Origin: a virus
Taxonomy: Duplodnaviria; Caudoviricetes
Length of the DNA stretch: 64,000 nt
Reading direction: 5' to 3' (one strand)
Virus record (IMG/VR): IMGVR_UViG_3300021387_000025
Coordinates: 55,956 to 119,955 of that record
Below the pieces are notes generated by a model that was not told the origin of the DNA, did not search any database, and saw nothing but the letters and a program-made list of their open reading frames with translations. Shown here one piece after another: positions 31,626 to 41,160 of this stretch (its first letter is position 1; each line of letters begins with the position of its first letter). Made by a program: the position numbers and the translations under genes.

Positions 31626-31971
31626 TTTTATATCCCTCATTTATTTGTTTTAAAGTACCCCATCCTGCTTCAGAAAGAGTATGAATAACTCTGATTTCGG
31701 GTGGCTTTGGCGGCGGACACTTAAAAGCCCACCATTCCGCGCCATCATACTCATGACGTTCAAGCCAAAAATCTTTCCCAACTAAAATTAAGTCATTTGC
31801 AATTTCCTGGCGACCATATCCAGGATCATATTCAATATTTGCTAACTCTATAAACTGTTCACGACTGATCTGAAAATCTTCTCCACCAAACCAATCAATA
31901 TCGTCTAAAGTTTTTCCATGCTTTTCTAAAATTTCTATAGTCTCTGCTAACAAATTTCTGAGTCTTTCCAT
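31612..31971 (-). CDS. Hypothetical protein
   Basis: YDPGYGRQEI..WLERHEYDGAEWW, a recurrent phage family. Confidence 0.75.
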   Translation of the reverse strand: MERLRNLLAETIEILEKHGKTLDDIDWFGGEDFQISREQFIELANIEYDPGYGRQEIANDLILVGKDFWLERHEYDGAEWWAFKCPPPKPPEIRVIHTLSEAGWGTLKQINEGYKNEMG

Positions 31972-31990
31972 TCAAACTCCTTAAAATTTC

Positions 31991-32257
31991 TTAATTATAT
32001 GCCAGCTCAATATCCGCTGGATAGATACTGTACAAAAAACCTTCTTCATCGGGACAATAGCCAGTGTTCATAATTTTTGAATGGAATTTAGACTTGTTAT
32101 CATGGATAAATTTCCAATATTCATAAGAAGATTTGGTTTGCGGCAATGGAATAGAAAGTGTCTTTGCGATTTTCTCTGCGTACTCAATCTGTTTTGCGGA
32201 CGCAGGTTTCATTAATTGAATTTTTTCATCTTCTTTTATAAGATTATCCATCGTCAT
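31991..32257 (-). CDS. Hypothetical protein
   Basis: Track ORF; ASAKQIEYAEKIA motif. Confidence 0.65.
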   Translation of the reverse strand: MTMDNLIKEDEKIQLMKPASAKQIEYAEKIAKTLSIPLPQTKSSYEYWKFIHDNKSKFHSKIMNTGYCPDEEGFLYSIYPADIELAYN

Positions 32258-32493
32258 ACTCCTTTTCCATTCTATTCTACCTTTTTATCCATTCCGTAAC
32301 AGATTTCATAAACAAAAAAAGTGCTGCGTCACCAGTTCTATAGATGGAAAACTTCTTTAATTCGTCGAGATCGACGTATATTGGACACGGCAAATCAAAC
32401 ATTTCACCATTCCATTTTATTTTTTTAATCTCTTTTTCCATTACACTTCTCCAACAATATAACCAATGAAATTATAATACTCACAACATTTCA

Positions 32494-32931
32494 TCATTCT
32501 CGCCTTTCTGCATCTTTGATAAACTCAATTCCATTTTCATTTATTTTCACAGATTTGATCTTTACGCCTTTCCCCATTTCACTGATCAAATCCATACACA
32601 TATCACGGTAATAATTAGCACGTTTTTGCCAGAACTCTGAGGTGTTGCTTTGCTCTGGCTGTACGGATGGCAAGTCTACAACAGCTTGTACGGCACTTTT
32701 AAGTCCAGCATTGTAATTAAAGACATTATCTTCATACTCGGAAATTGATTTATCTGGATCTACTATATAATCCTTAATTGCCTCAATCGCCGCCTGACGC
32801 GAAATCAAGTCCCCGACATTTGTGTCAGGAACATTAGAAGTAAGCCAATCAAGCATTTTTTCTTCAGGGTATGCCCAAAACTCCTCAGCATATATCCCGA
32901 AAACCTTTTTGAACAGTTCGGCATTACTCAT
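32494..32931 (-). CDS. Mosaic hypothetical protein (DLISRQAAI module)
   Basis: Track ORF, overlapping neighbour. Confidence 0.65.
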   Translation of the reverse strand: MSNAELFKKVFGIYAEEFWAYPEEKMLDWLTSNVPDTNVGDLISRQAAIEAIKDYIVDPDKSISEYEDNVFNYNAGLKSAVQAVVDLPSVQPEQSNTSEFWQKRANYYRDMCMDLISEMGKGVKIKSVKINENGIEFIKDAERRE

Positions 32932-33226
32932 CTTCTTCTCCTCTCATGTCCGCCCCGCAATTCGGACAGAACTTCCATTCATAATTAAAGCGCCCTTGAC
33001 ATTCAGAGCAAGTCCACCAATACTTATGTTTTGGCTCATTTTTTCGACTTATCCACTTCCCTCTTTTTCGTTCTGGCTGTACGGGCGGCAAATCTCTTAA
33101 TATTTTCAAGAAATGTCTATGCTCATATTCATGTGCGCAAGCTTCTTTTCCGTTTTGGTGATGATTTAAACGTCTGCTTTCTTCAACAGCATCCAATGCC
33201 GCCTGTCTGCTGATTAAGTCATCCAT
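32924..33226 (-). CDS. Mosaic protein with C-terminal Zn ribbon
   Basis: DDLISRQAA..RGKW..CSEC..FCPNCGADM. Confidence 0.7.
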   Translation of the reverse strand: MDDLISRQAALDAVEESRRLNHHQNGKEACAHEYEHRHFLKILRDLPPVQPERKRGKWISRKNEPKHKYWWTCSECQGRFNYEWKFCPNCGADMRGEEDE

Positions 33227-33431
33227 TAAAAGAATCCTCCCACTCTAAATAAGCAAATCCAAGCCAACAAATAAAACATAGCTCATTTTTACAATCCTCA
33301 TAATTATGCTCGTTTCCGTTCCATTTTCCGCACCTTGCACACATTGATTGAAGTTTTTCATCTTCATTCGCATAATCAATGTTGTGTTCATATGACTCTT
33401 TCAATTTTCTCTCAAGACTTTGTGTCATCAC
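33219..33431 (-). CDS. Cys-rich hypothetical protein
   Basis: Track ORF, coupled. Confidence 0.6.
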   Translation of the reverse strand: MMTQSLERKLKESYEHNIDYANEDEKLQSMCARCGKWNGNEHNYEDCKNELCFICWLGFAYLEWEDSFNG

Positions 33432-33651
33432 CTGCCCTCCCCATTTGCGCCAACAATAGTTTTACAAGCGGAAAATGTCTTCCTGTTTTCGTCCACTTTT
33501 GCGGATTCTTTGACGCATAAAGCGTACCTTTTGCATCCATCCCATCGATAAATCCATCCTGCCCGATATGAGTAATCACAACCACGGTGTCAGGTCTTCC
33601 ATCATTCCAATGGAATGCCACTTCATCACCTATCTTCATCAAATCTGCCAT
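33412..33651 (-). CDS. Hypothetical protein
   Basis: Track ORF with AAGGAG RBS. Confidence 0.65.
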   Translation of the reverse strand: MADLMKIGDEVAFHWNDGRPDTVVVITHIGQDGFIDGMDAKGTLYASKNPQKWTKTGRHFPLVKLLLAQMGRAGDDTKS

Positions 33652-33798
33652 TGTTGCTCCTTTCCTTTCTCCACTCTCTCAATTCATCTGTGAGATTGTC
33701 AATCGACTTGTGAATATCCATGATCGAAAGCCACGGTGCAAGGACAACGTAAAGAATCACCAAAGTAACAATTGAAATTGCAATTTTAGTCAAAATAT

Positions 33799-34149
33799 TC
33801 ATTCCTCATCACCTTCCTTCCCATGCCAGTAGGGGCAAGTATCATCTTCAGATACCACCGTCCCGCTGTCAGCGCAACGATAATTATTCCCGAACCAATG
33901 CCCATAGTTTTTGCAATTCTTGCACTTTATAACGTTTTCCTTTTTCTTTCCATCTGCACAGTAATAGCTTTCAAGATGACACATATGATGAATCCAACAG
34001 TACCGCATGTCTGAAAATTTCCCTGTCACGATATCAATACGTGTTGGTATTCCGTTCTTACAATCTTTGCAACGCACCACATACTCAAGGTCTTCGTTAC
34101 ACTTCATAAACTGATCATATCCAAGCTTTACAATCTCATTCCATGTCAT
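33799..34149 (-). CDS. Cys-rich protein (two CKxCK modules)
   Basis: ATG at 34149 after AAGGAG. Confidence 0.65.
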   Translation of the reverse strand: MTWNEIVKLGYDQFMKCNEDLEYVVRCKDCKNGIPTRIDIVTGKFSDMRYCWIHHMCHLESYYCADGKKKENVIKCKNCKNYGHWFGNNYRCADSGTVVSEDDTCPYWHGKEGDEE

Positions 34150-34542
34150 CTTCGCTCCTTTCTCCGTATTTAACCCCAAGTGCAAAACCGCTCATAAATA
34201 TGAGCGATATAAATAAAAAAATACCGAACCAATCAGACATCTTCGCATTCCTTTTCTTCTACGGCATCAGTCACTAACATTAAAAGTTCAGACACCGCAT
34301 GATCTCGCAAAAATTCTTTAAGCTCATAGATCATATTGTCATAGTCATAATTGTCATATCTGCTCATCTTCGCTCCTTTTTATCCCAACTTTACCCTCTT
34401 TTTCCGCTCAACCAATCGCCAACAGCACTGTAATATGTTAACTTTTTTTTCGTTTTCTTTTCCCTAAAGGTAATAACGATAAGCCCAATTATGCAAGCAA
34501 CTGCCGCAGCCCCCAATATACAAAGGGTAATTATGATTTCAC

Positions 34543-34887
34543 TCATTCCTCTACCTCTTCACTATATGGTTTTTCCGGCGCGGCGTGTACAGCTGTCATT
34601 ATGTCTCCAAAAGTATCTGAAGACTGAGGAATTAAACTAATGAGCTTTTCCAACTCTTTTATTTTTTCTTCAAGACTATCCATTTTCTCCTGTAAGGAAG
34701 CGGTAGCTTGCGCGTCAGAAAGGCTCTTATTCAATTCCTTCGCCATTTCGTCAAAACATCTTCTGTGAACATACCAATCCTGTTTATCATACTTTGACCG
34801 GATCTTGATGTGCCTCACGTGTCCGTTAGTGAAATCATAATCGCTAAACGGCTCTTTGCAGAGATTGCACATGTATATTTTGCTCAC
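34543..34887 (-). CDS. Hypothetical Zn-binding protein
   Basis: Track ORF; CNLC..HRRC. Confidence 0.6.
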   Translation of the reverse strand: MSKIYMCNLCKEPFSDYDFTNGHVRHIKIRSKYDKQDWYVHRRCFDEMAKELNKSLSDAQATASLQEKMDSLEEKIKELEKLISLIPQSSDTFGDIMTAVHAAPEKPYSEEVEE

Positions 34888-35081
34888 TCTTCTTCTACCT
34901 CTTTTTCTTCATTTTCTAACCATTTCATCAAGCTCTTTTCACACTTTGGACACAAATCAACAGATTCCCATCCACTCATAAAGCCTTTTACCATAGTGAT
35001 AGAAAACATTGGTAGTATTGAATTTACCATAGGATCTGTATTTATTCTTGTTCCACACCTATCACACGTTTTTGTAATCAT
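34884..35081 (-). CDS. Zn-ribbon protein
   Basis: CDRCG..DLCPKC. Confidence 0.7.
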   Translation of the reverse strand: MITKTCDRCGTRINTDPMVNSILPMFSITMVKGFMSGWESVDLCPKCEKSLMKWLENEEKEVEEE

Positions 35082-35505
35082 TCTTCACTCCTTTCTGTAT
35101 ATATCCATCCGAGAAGTACTTTTGCTACCCATCTATGAAATCGATTCGGCAATTTCGTATAAATTGAAATAGTAAACCCTTCATGTATCGTCAACGTTCC
35201 GACTGGCTTTGGGAAATCAATCGAAATATGTTCAAGTTCGCTCATCTTTTACCCCTTCCTTTGAAGAATGTTTAGAACAACAATATCGTGGATCAACTTC
35301 GCATTTCCACACATCGCAATAATCGTAGTACCAATTATAATGTTCACAGTTATCACAAAATTTACCTTCTGGCGATAACCATCTAATACAAATATTATTC
35401 ATTTTTTACCTCTTTCACTTCTGAAAAAGAAGAATCAATATCAGAAGGAACATAATAACTGTGAGACAAAATTGAATGTAACCCATTTTCGCTCCTTTCA
35501 AATCC

Positions 35506-35709
35506 TCACCTGAACATACGCTCCAGCTTGCTCACCGTCCCGTCTTCGTTTACAACGATTGCGACATTGGTTGGAATGTCGATGGTCGGCACGATGTCTG
35601 CGGAATAGTTTTCCAGAAAATCAATGATACGCATAGGCTTTGTCGAATATTCCTCATACTCTTCATCATAAAACTGGAAGTTTATCACTTTTTCTCCGTC
35701 AATCAACAT
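35506..35709 (-). CDS. Hypothetical protein
   Basis: Track ORF with RBS. Confidence 0.6.
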   Translation of the reverse strand: MLIDGEKVINFQFYDEEYEEYSTKPMRIIDFLENYSADIVPTIDIPTNVAIVVNEDGTVSKLERMFR

Positions 35710-35758
35710 CTTCGTTCCTTTCCGTCATGTATTCCTTTCTTCAAACGTAGAATGCTAT

Positions 35759-36022
35759 TTATTGCGTGCCATACAGCAACGGTTTTCCATCACTATCAAG
35801 GAGAGGTGTAATTGCACAATGATAACAATCATATATGACAAGATACAAGACGCCGGTTTCTTTATCCGTAATCACTGTTTCATAATATGGTGCATTACAA
35901 TTATCACCGGATACAATAATGAATCTATCTGATTTTGTGAAATATTCACCTACGTTTCTTCCGCAACCACATAGCACCACTGCAAAAATAACCATGAGCA
36001 TTACACATATTGCTTTTTTCAT
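35759..36022 (-). CDS. Putative lipoprotein
   Basis: MKKAICV..LCGC lipobox-like; DKETGVLY..ITPLLDSDGKP. Confidence 0.7.
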   Translation of the reverse strand: MKKAICVMLMVIFAVVLCGCGRNVGEYFTKSDRFIIVSGDNCNAPYYETVITDKETGVLYLVIYDCYHCAITPLLDSDGKPLLYGTQ

Positions 36023-36204
36023 TCTTCGCTCCTTTCGTAAACTTCTCCCCAAACAAGTATTGCTTCAATCGCAACAGCCACAATAAGCACCAGCCGAAAG
36101 AAGGTGTACCACTCAAGTACAAACGATAAACAAGTCAATACTGGCAATCCCAAGATGGCAAGGGTCACGACTATCGTACCAATGGCTTTTACGATATAAT
36201 TCAT
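36019..36204 (-). CDS. Small membrane protein
   Basis: Two hydrophobic segments. Confidence 0.6.
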   Translation of the reverse strand: MNYIVKAIGTIVVTLAILGLPVLTCLSFVLEWYTFFRLVLIVAVAIEAILVWGEVYERSEE

Positions 36205-36379
36205 TTTTCACTCCTTTCTCCTTTTCGTCTCCCCAATGCATATCCCAAGAAGAAAACAGCAAGCAACAGTGAGGTTATACCAATCCAGTCATACATCTTC
36301 GTTTATTTCATCCTTCCGGCTCTTCCATGCACATCCCAAAAAGAAAACAGAAATCAACAGTCGGATTATACACTCCAAA

Positions 36380-36706
36380 TCAGACATCTTCGCTCCTTTC
36401 GTACGGTTTCGGTAAAGGCATCCATGCAGTCGGCATTACATACCAATCATTCCATTCGCCATCGGCCACTATACCAATATCTACACATATACGCCCGTCA
36501 TTTTCGTAAGTGCATAAATAACGTCCATCTTCTGGCAGTCTCTCCTCAACCGACACCCACCTCGGCTCTGACTGTTCAGTCAATTCGTATGCCTCTTCGA
36601 GAGCTTTATAAAGTCGATTACATTCCATTGCGTTTCCAAGATGGAAATACTTACAAACAGCACCAAATGCCTTTGACATATCAATCATTTTATTCATTTT
36701 ATCCAT
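36380..36706 (-). CDS. DUF551-like protein
   Basis: WVSVEERLPE...AWMPLP signature. Confidence 0.7.
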   Translation of the reverse strand: MDKMNKMIDMSKAFGAVCKYFHLGNAMECNRLYKALEEAYELTEQSEPRWVSVEERLPEDGRYLCTYENDGRICVDIGIVADGEWNDWYVMPTAWMPLPKPYERSEDV

Positions 36707-36708
36707 TT

Positions 36709-37005
36709 TTACTCCTTCCTGAGCGCGCTTCCGCAATACCAATCTCCATCTGTTAACCAGTTTTTACACGGCAAGCTTGCAATATTTAGCGTATGCATGT
36801 TATTATTACCAATGTATTCTTCTGATCGCCAGTGCTTACAGTCTCGGCAATGGATGACTTCTGACTGCGCTGGCGGCAAATCTTCAAGTCTTCGTATTAG
36901 TCCACATGATCTGTTCTGTCTCGGAATATTAAAACAATCCAAAAGCCAATCATTAGCGGCATCAATCGCTGCCTGTCTACTGATTAAATCATCCATTCTG
37001 TTCAC
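36709..37005 (-). CDS. Mosaic protein (DDLISRQAAI + CRDCKHW)
   Basis: Track ORF. Confidence 0.65.
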   Translation of the reverse strand: MNRMDDLISRQAAIDAANDWLLDCFNIPRQNRSCGLIRRLEDLPPAQSEVIHCRDCKHWRSEEYIGNNNMHTLNIASLPCKNWLTDGDWYCGSALRKE

Positions 37006-37250
37006 CTTTCATAAATAATCTCAAGCGGTTCTATTACATTCGGCAAAGTCATCCCCATGTGTTCTCCATACAGTTCTATAAAATTCCACAACTGGAATTC
37101 CGTATATCCATTTTCATCTTCTTCCGGAAACTTCGGTTTGCATACCTCTCTTCCCGCAGTCTGATTTATCCTATCGTATTGATGATAATATATTTCTTTG
37201 CCCCAGTCGGTCAGTTTTACCTTGATCAGTTCATTAAGATTAATTCTCAT
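37002..37250 (-). CDS. Hypothetical protein
   Basis: NLNELIKVKLTDWG..GYTEFQLW, a recurrent phage family. Confidence 0.7.
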   Translation of the reverse strand: MRINLNELIKVKLTDWGKEIYYHQYDRINQTAGREVCKPKFPEEDENGYTEFQLWNFIELYGEHMGMTLPNVIEPLEIIYER

Positions 37251-37443
37251 TCTTTGCTTTTTCCGTCTCCTCTTCCATCATGTCAGCTATCTCCGCGAGA
37301 AGCACCAAGCATCGAAGCGCTATATCGGTAATGGCTGTGGTATTGACCTTTATGATAAGGTCAGTGTTTCCTGTCCATCCAGCTAACGCGACCGCATCCT
37401 CACATGCTTTCTTGAACTTTTCCACTTCACTTAATCTGCTCAT
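37240..37443 (-). CDS. Hypothetical protein
   Basis: Track ORF, coupled. Confidence 0.6.
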   Translation of the reverse strand: MSRLSEVEKFKKACEDAVALAGWTGNTDLIIKVNTTAITDIALRCLVLLAEIADMMEEETEKAKNEN

Positions 37444-37832
37444 TCTTCTCTCCTTTTATATGGTTCTGGCAAAGGCATGTAAGCAATAACCTTTGTATAC
37501 TGCGGAATATCAAAAATCGACCAACCCCAGTCACCTGAAATTCCTAAACTGAAAATGTCCCTTGTCCATCTACATTCACATTGATAGCCTGTGTCGGTGC
37601 AGACCCAATAACGATTGAACTTCTCCGGCGGCTTAACCTCGACAGGAATCCATCTTGGCTCTGACACTTTAGTTACAACAACCCTGTTCTCTGAGATCGA
37701 AATATCATATAAACCGCTATTGTGAAAAATGATTCCAGCGCCAACTTCAAAATTAGAATCAGTTTTATTTTCAAAAACAATTTGATTATTAACGTCAATT
37801 ATTTTTTCTTCGCCACCAACAAACCAGCTCAT
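37440..37832 (-). CDS. DUF551-like protein
   Basis: WIPVEVKPPE...AYMPLPEPY. Confidence 0.7.
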   Translation of the reverse strand: MSWFVGGEEKIIDVNNQIVFENKTDSNFEVGAGIIFHNSGLYDISISENRVVVTKVSEPRWIPVEVKPPEKFNRYWVCTDTGYQCECRWTRDIFSLGISGDWGWSIFDIPQYTKVIAYMPLPEPYKRREE

Positions 37833-38108
37833 TTATTCATTCTCTCCTCTCATATCCGCGCCACAGTTCGGGCAGAAGTCCGAATCCGCTTCACTATGTT
37901 CTCCGCACTGATCGCATTTATAAGGGTGATGGACAAGTCCCCACGGTTTAAATGTTTCATCTATCCACTTTCCCTTCTTTCGCTCTACTGCATCGGCGGT
38001 CGGCACTTTGTCGATTGCCTCCCTAAGTGCTTTGTGCTGAATATCTGTACGCTGATGGTATACTTCCGTTAGAACGGTATACACATCTTCATCGGTTAGA
38101 TATCTCAT
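37833..38108 (-). CDS. Zn-ribbon mosaic protein
   Basis: ERKKGKWI..CDQC..FCPNCGADM. Confidence 0.7.
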   Translation of the reverse strand: MRYLTDEDVYTVLTEVYHQRTDIQHKALREAIDKVPTADAVERKKGKWIDETFKPWGLVHHPYKCDQCGEHSEADSDFCPNCGADMRGENE

Positions 38109-38538
38109 TGCTTTTCTCCTCTCTCATATCTGCCCCACACGTTCCACAAAACGCATGGAATTTTTCCATCTGATCAACACTCGTGACGCTGATAACTCGA
38201 TGACAGTTTGAGCAGTAATAGTACCACGGCATATCACTCCTCTGAATCCACTTCCCTCTCTTACGTTCTGGCTCTGCATCGCTTACAGGGAAGAAATTTA
38301 TCAAAGCTACATTTTGCTCCCCCTCATACCAGTCAGATTTCCATGCAAAATATCCATCTTCTTGCAGGTCAACCATAAATAATTCGTTTGTCCTGACACC
38401 ATCAATCTCAATCGTAACAATTATATCTTCAATAACCGTTACGTGATTCTGTATGTATTGTCCAATTACATTATAAGGGTCTTCTCCATTAGGCACTTTT
38501 AGCATCACTTCCTCAGCGTGTCTGCCTTCTTTAGTCAT
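38089..38538 (-). CDS. Zn-ribbon mosaic protein
   Basis: ERKRGKWI..CSNC..FCGTCGADM. Confidence 0.7.
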   Translation of the reverse strand: MTKEGRHAEEVMLKVPNGEDPYNVIGQYIQNHVTVIEDIIVTIEIDGVRTNELFMVDLQEDGYFAWKSDWYEGEQNVALINFFPVSDAEPERKRGKWIQRSDMPWYYYCSNCHRVISVTSVDQMEKFHAFCGTCGADMREEKSNEISNR

Positions 38539-38731
38539 CGGTTCCTCCTTTCCACGGCGTTAATATTATACCAGCCCTCTGCATCACTAATTTGGCTACG
38601 GCGGGCTTATATTTTCTGATGATTATGCCGCATTTTGACTCTTGTCTGTAATACTTCGGCTTCTCATCTGTCCGTTCCGCTTCTTCCCATTCCGGGTCAT
38701 AAAACGGCTCTTTTTGTCTGTCATGATACAT
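38531..38731 (-). CDS. Hypothetical protein
   Basis: Track ORF, coupled. Confidence 0.5.
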   Translation of the reverse strand: MYHDRQKEPFYDPEWEEAERTDEKPKYYRQESKCGIIIRKYKPAVAKLVMQRAGIILTPWKGGTDD

Positions 38732-38801
38732 TCGATTTCATACTTTTCCTTTCCCACAAATCGTGCGCCGCACACATAGCAATAATTAATATTTTCAAGA
38801 A

Positions 38802-39107
38802 TCAACTCATATCTGCTCCGCAATTAGGGCAGAAGTTTGTCTTCTCAATTCTTTCCAATCGAGGAAATAAGTAGAATCGCGAATCAAAGCGTGACACCCC
38901 CGGAATATCTTCTCCGCATTCGCTACAAGTCCAATAAATACCATCCGCATCCGACATCTTAATCCACTTTCCCTTCTTCCGCTCTACTACATTTGGATTT
39001 ATGGCAGTACTAATATCAACTTCGTTTACCCATTTCAAAACTGACCAATCTAAACTTATTGCATGTTTCATCAACTTATCCACGTCAGCATATTTAGTTA
39101 CTGCCAT
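38802..39107 (-). CDS. Zn-ribbon mosaic protein
   Basis: ATG at 39107 after AGGAG; ERKKGKWI..CSEC..FCPNCGADM. Confidence 0.7.
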   Translation of the reverse strand: MAVTKYADVDKLMKHAISLDWSVLKWVNEVDISTAINPNVVERKKGKWIKMSDADGIYWTCSECGEDIPGVSRFDSRFYLFPRLERIEKTNFCPNCGADMS

Positions 39108-39254
39108 CCCTTTTTCTCCTCTTCTTCTCCCACAAACTGCAATAATCATTATCTTTGACACATATGTTAAAGTTCCAACAGAAATCTTCACCATACTCAT
39201 CATGCCAACCACAATTCTTGCACTGCACCACTTCTTTCGGCGCCTGTTTCGAAA

Positions 39255-39530
39255 TCAATTCGTCCATAATTCTTTCTTTACCTTTCTTGTGATTTCATGG
39301 CAAGTTCTGACAAGACTATCCTCGGACTGTTCTTCTGTCATTTCCGCATCAATCTCTTTACAAATCTTTTCCTCTCTGCTCATCGCCGCAAGGAAAATTC
39401 TCTGTTCCTTGTCGGTCAACCGTTCTGGAAATGCGGATGGGATATTCCCAATAGCCTTAATAACCCCTTCTCTTGCATATTTCAATTCAAGATTTTTTAA
39501 TACCACGTCTCTTTCAATCCAATCTGTCAT
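39255..39530 (-). CDS. Hypothetical protein
   Basis: Track ORF with RBS. Confidence 0.65.
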   Translation of the reverse strand: MTDWIERDVVLKNLELKYAREGVIKAIGNIPSAFPERLTDKEQRIFLAAMSREEKICKEIDAEMTEEQSEDSLVRTCHEITRKVKKELWTN

Positions 39531-39732
39531 TGCCGCTCTCCTCTCTCATGTCCGCTCCACAGTTCCATTTTCCGTACAAGGCGGCCGCCTCTATTTCTTC
39601 ACGATACCATTTACATTCTTCTTCAAGTTCGTTCATATCATCTATAGTTGATATGCCTTCACTAATACATCCCATTTCAGAGTCTTCATATTTATCCAAA
39701 AGCTCTAAAGCAATCTCTTTTAAACTTCTCAT
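39514..39732 (-). CDS. Hypothetical protein ending in a CGADMR remnant
   Basis: Track ORF. Confidence 0.6.
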   Translation of the reverse strand: MRSLKEIALELLDKYEDSEMGCISEGISTIDDMNELEEECKWYREEIEAAALYGKWNCGADMREESGNDRLD

Positions 39733-39734
39733 AA

Positions 39735-40409
39735 TTAATACCCCGAATAATCAATCAATACCGGCTGTTCGTCTCTATATCCCCAATTTGCACTATGAAG
39801 ATCATTGATCTCAAAAGCGTTAATAAAACTAACTAAATCATCAACTCTCTTTTGATCTCCAAGCATGGCGTAAACACGATCTTCATTATCTAATGAATAT
39901 GAATCTTCCCATGCTTCTTCTTGAATTTTATCATCATCTAAATCTTTACAGCTATAAAAGTTATCAATAGTGTAATTATAAAAAGAATCAGAAACAGCAT
40001 CGTCATCAACCCATACATGTTCCTGCACATAAACATCGACACCGCAGACTTCTTCAAAATAATAAGAAGCAGCAAAAAAATCCTCTAATCCTCTATTCAT
40101 AGCGGCCGCGTAGTTTTGAGCTTCAAGTCTATTATAATCTCGAATAAGAGAAGGATCATTAAAACCAAACTTTAAAACCCAATTCTCTCCTTCAGGGATT
40201 ACAACAACCCTGGTCGCGCCATTGGTAACGCGGCAATGGATTTCTTTTAAATAGTTAAAATGAGAATTTAACCAAGATTCTACTTGATGTTCATAACCAT
40301 AACCATAACGTTTCTTAGGACAATCTAAAGCCCAAAGAAAATCATTTGCGAATAAATCACAAACAATGTCATGTAAGCGTTCTCTTTCATCAGTGGTTAA
40401 AGTCTTCAT
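39735..40409 (-). CDS. Protein kinase-like protein
   Basis: GATRVV, VLKF, helix-C Glu, DLHSAN catalytic loop and LIDY; own promoter. Confidence 0.7.
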   Translation of the reverse strand: MKTLTTDERERLHDIVCDLFANDFLWALDCPKKRYGYGYEHQVESWLNSHFNYLKEIHCRVTNGATRVVVIPEGENWVLKFGFNDPSLIRDYNRLEAQNYAAAMNRGLEDFFAASYYFEEVCGVDVYVQEHVWVDDDAVSDSFYNYTIDNFYSCKDLDDDKIQEEAWEDSYSLDNEDRVYAMLGDQKRVDDLVSFINAFEINDLHSANWGYRDEQPVLIDYSGY

Positions 40410-40478
40410 ATAATTATCCTTTCTTCATTTTCTATAAATATTATATCATATATTTATAAAAATTTCAAGTTATATTTT

Positions 40479-40856
40479 TTAAAATGTCGCTCGCGCGAGA
40501 AGCATTGGTGGTACAATCGGTTTTACTGGTGCATAACTATATTCATTATTATCTTTTGTCCAAATTCGATAAAGATAACTTGAAGAATCAGCTATACATT
40601 CACACTTAAAAACAACTGCATCCCATACATTCAAATTACCATTACAATAAAAATGTGAATTATCTTTATTAAAATTAGCATAACCAACGTTTAGTCCATT
40701 AGAATAAATCCAAACCACTCTACGATCTGCTTTGTCGGCGGCCGTAGCTTGAATTTCGTCCAAGTAATCTTTTACAGTTGGATTGAATTTTAACACATAT
40801 TTTACATCCCAGTAAACGAGATCATTGTCAATCTTTTTTAATTTATATCTTAACAT
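40479..40856 (-). CDS. Hypothetical protein
   Basis: Track ORF with upstream promoter. Confidence 0.6.
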   Translation of the reverse strand: MLRYKLKKIDNDLVYWDVKYVLKFNPTVKDYLDEIQATAADKADRRVVWIYSNGLNVGYANFNKDNSHFYCNGNLNVWDAVVFKCECIADSSSYLYRIWTKDNNEYSYAPVKPIVPPMLLARATF

Positions 40857-40932
40857 TTTACACTTCTCCCATTTTCTAAATATATTATATCATACATTTA
40901 AAATTTTTTCAAATTAAAAAAAAAAGAGGAAG

Positions 40933-41148
40933 TTAATACTCCCTCTTTAAAGCTCCCCATTTTTCAAAAACTTTTTTAAGTTCTTCTAACATTTTATCAT
41001 CTTCTATATAAAAGATGTCAGTTCGTGTATTTGCATAAACTTCACCGAGTGCATTAGACATTAACTGTCCAAATCTCCAATCAGGAACCTTATGCCACAG
41101 TTCCTTTAATTCATCACAAAACTCATCAATACGATTTGGATCTCTCAT
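40933..41148 (-). CDS. Hypothetical protein
   Basis: MRDPNRID..PDWRFGQL..DIFYIED, a recurrent phage family. Confidence 0.75.
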   Translation of the reverse strand: MRDPNRIDEFCDELKELWHKVPDWRFGQLMSNALGEVYANTRTDIFYIEDDKMLEELKKVFEKWGALKREY

Positions 41149-41160
41149 ATTTTACTCCTT

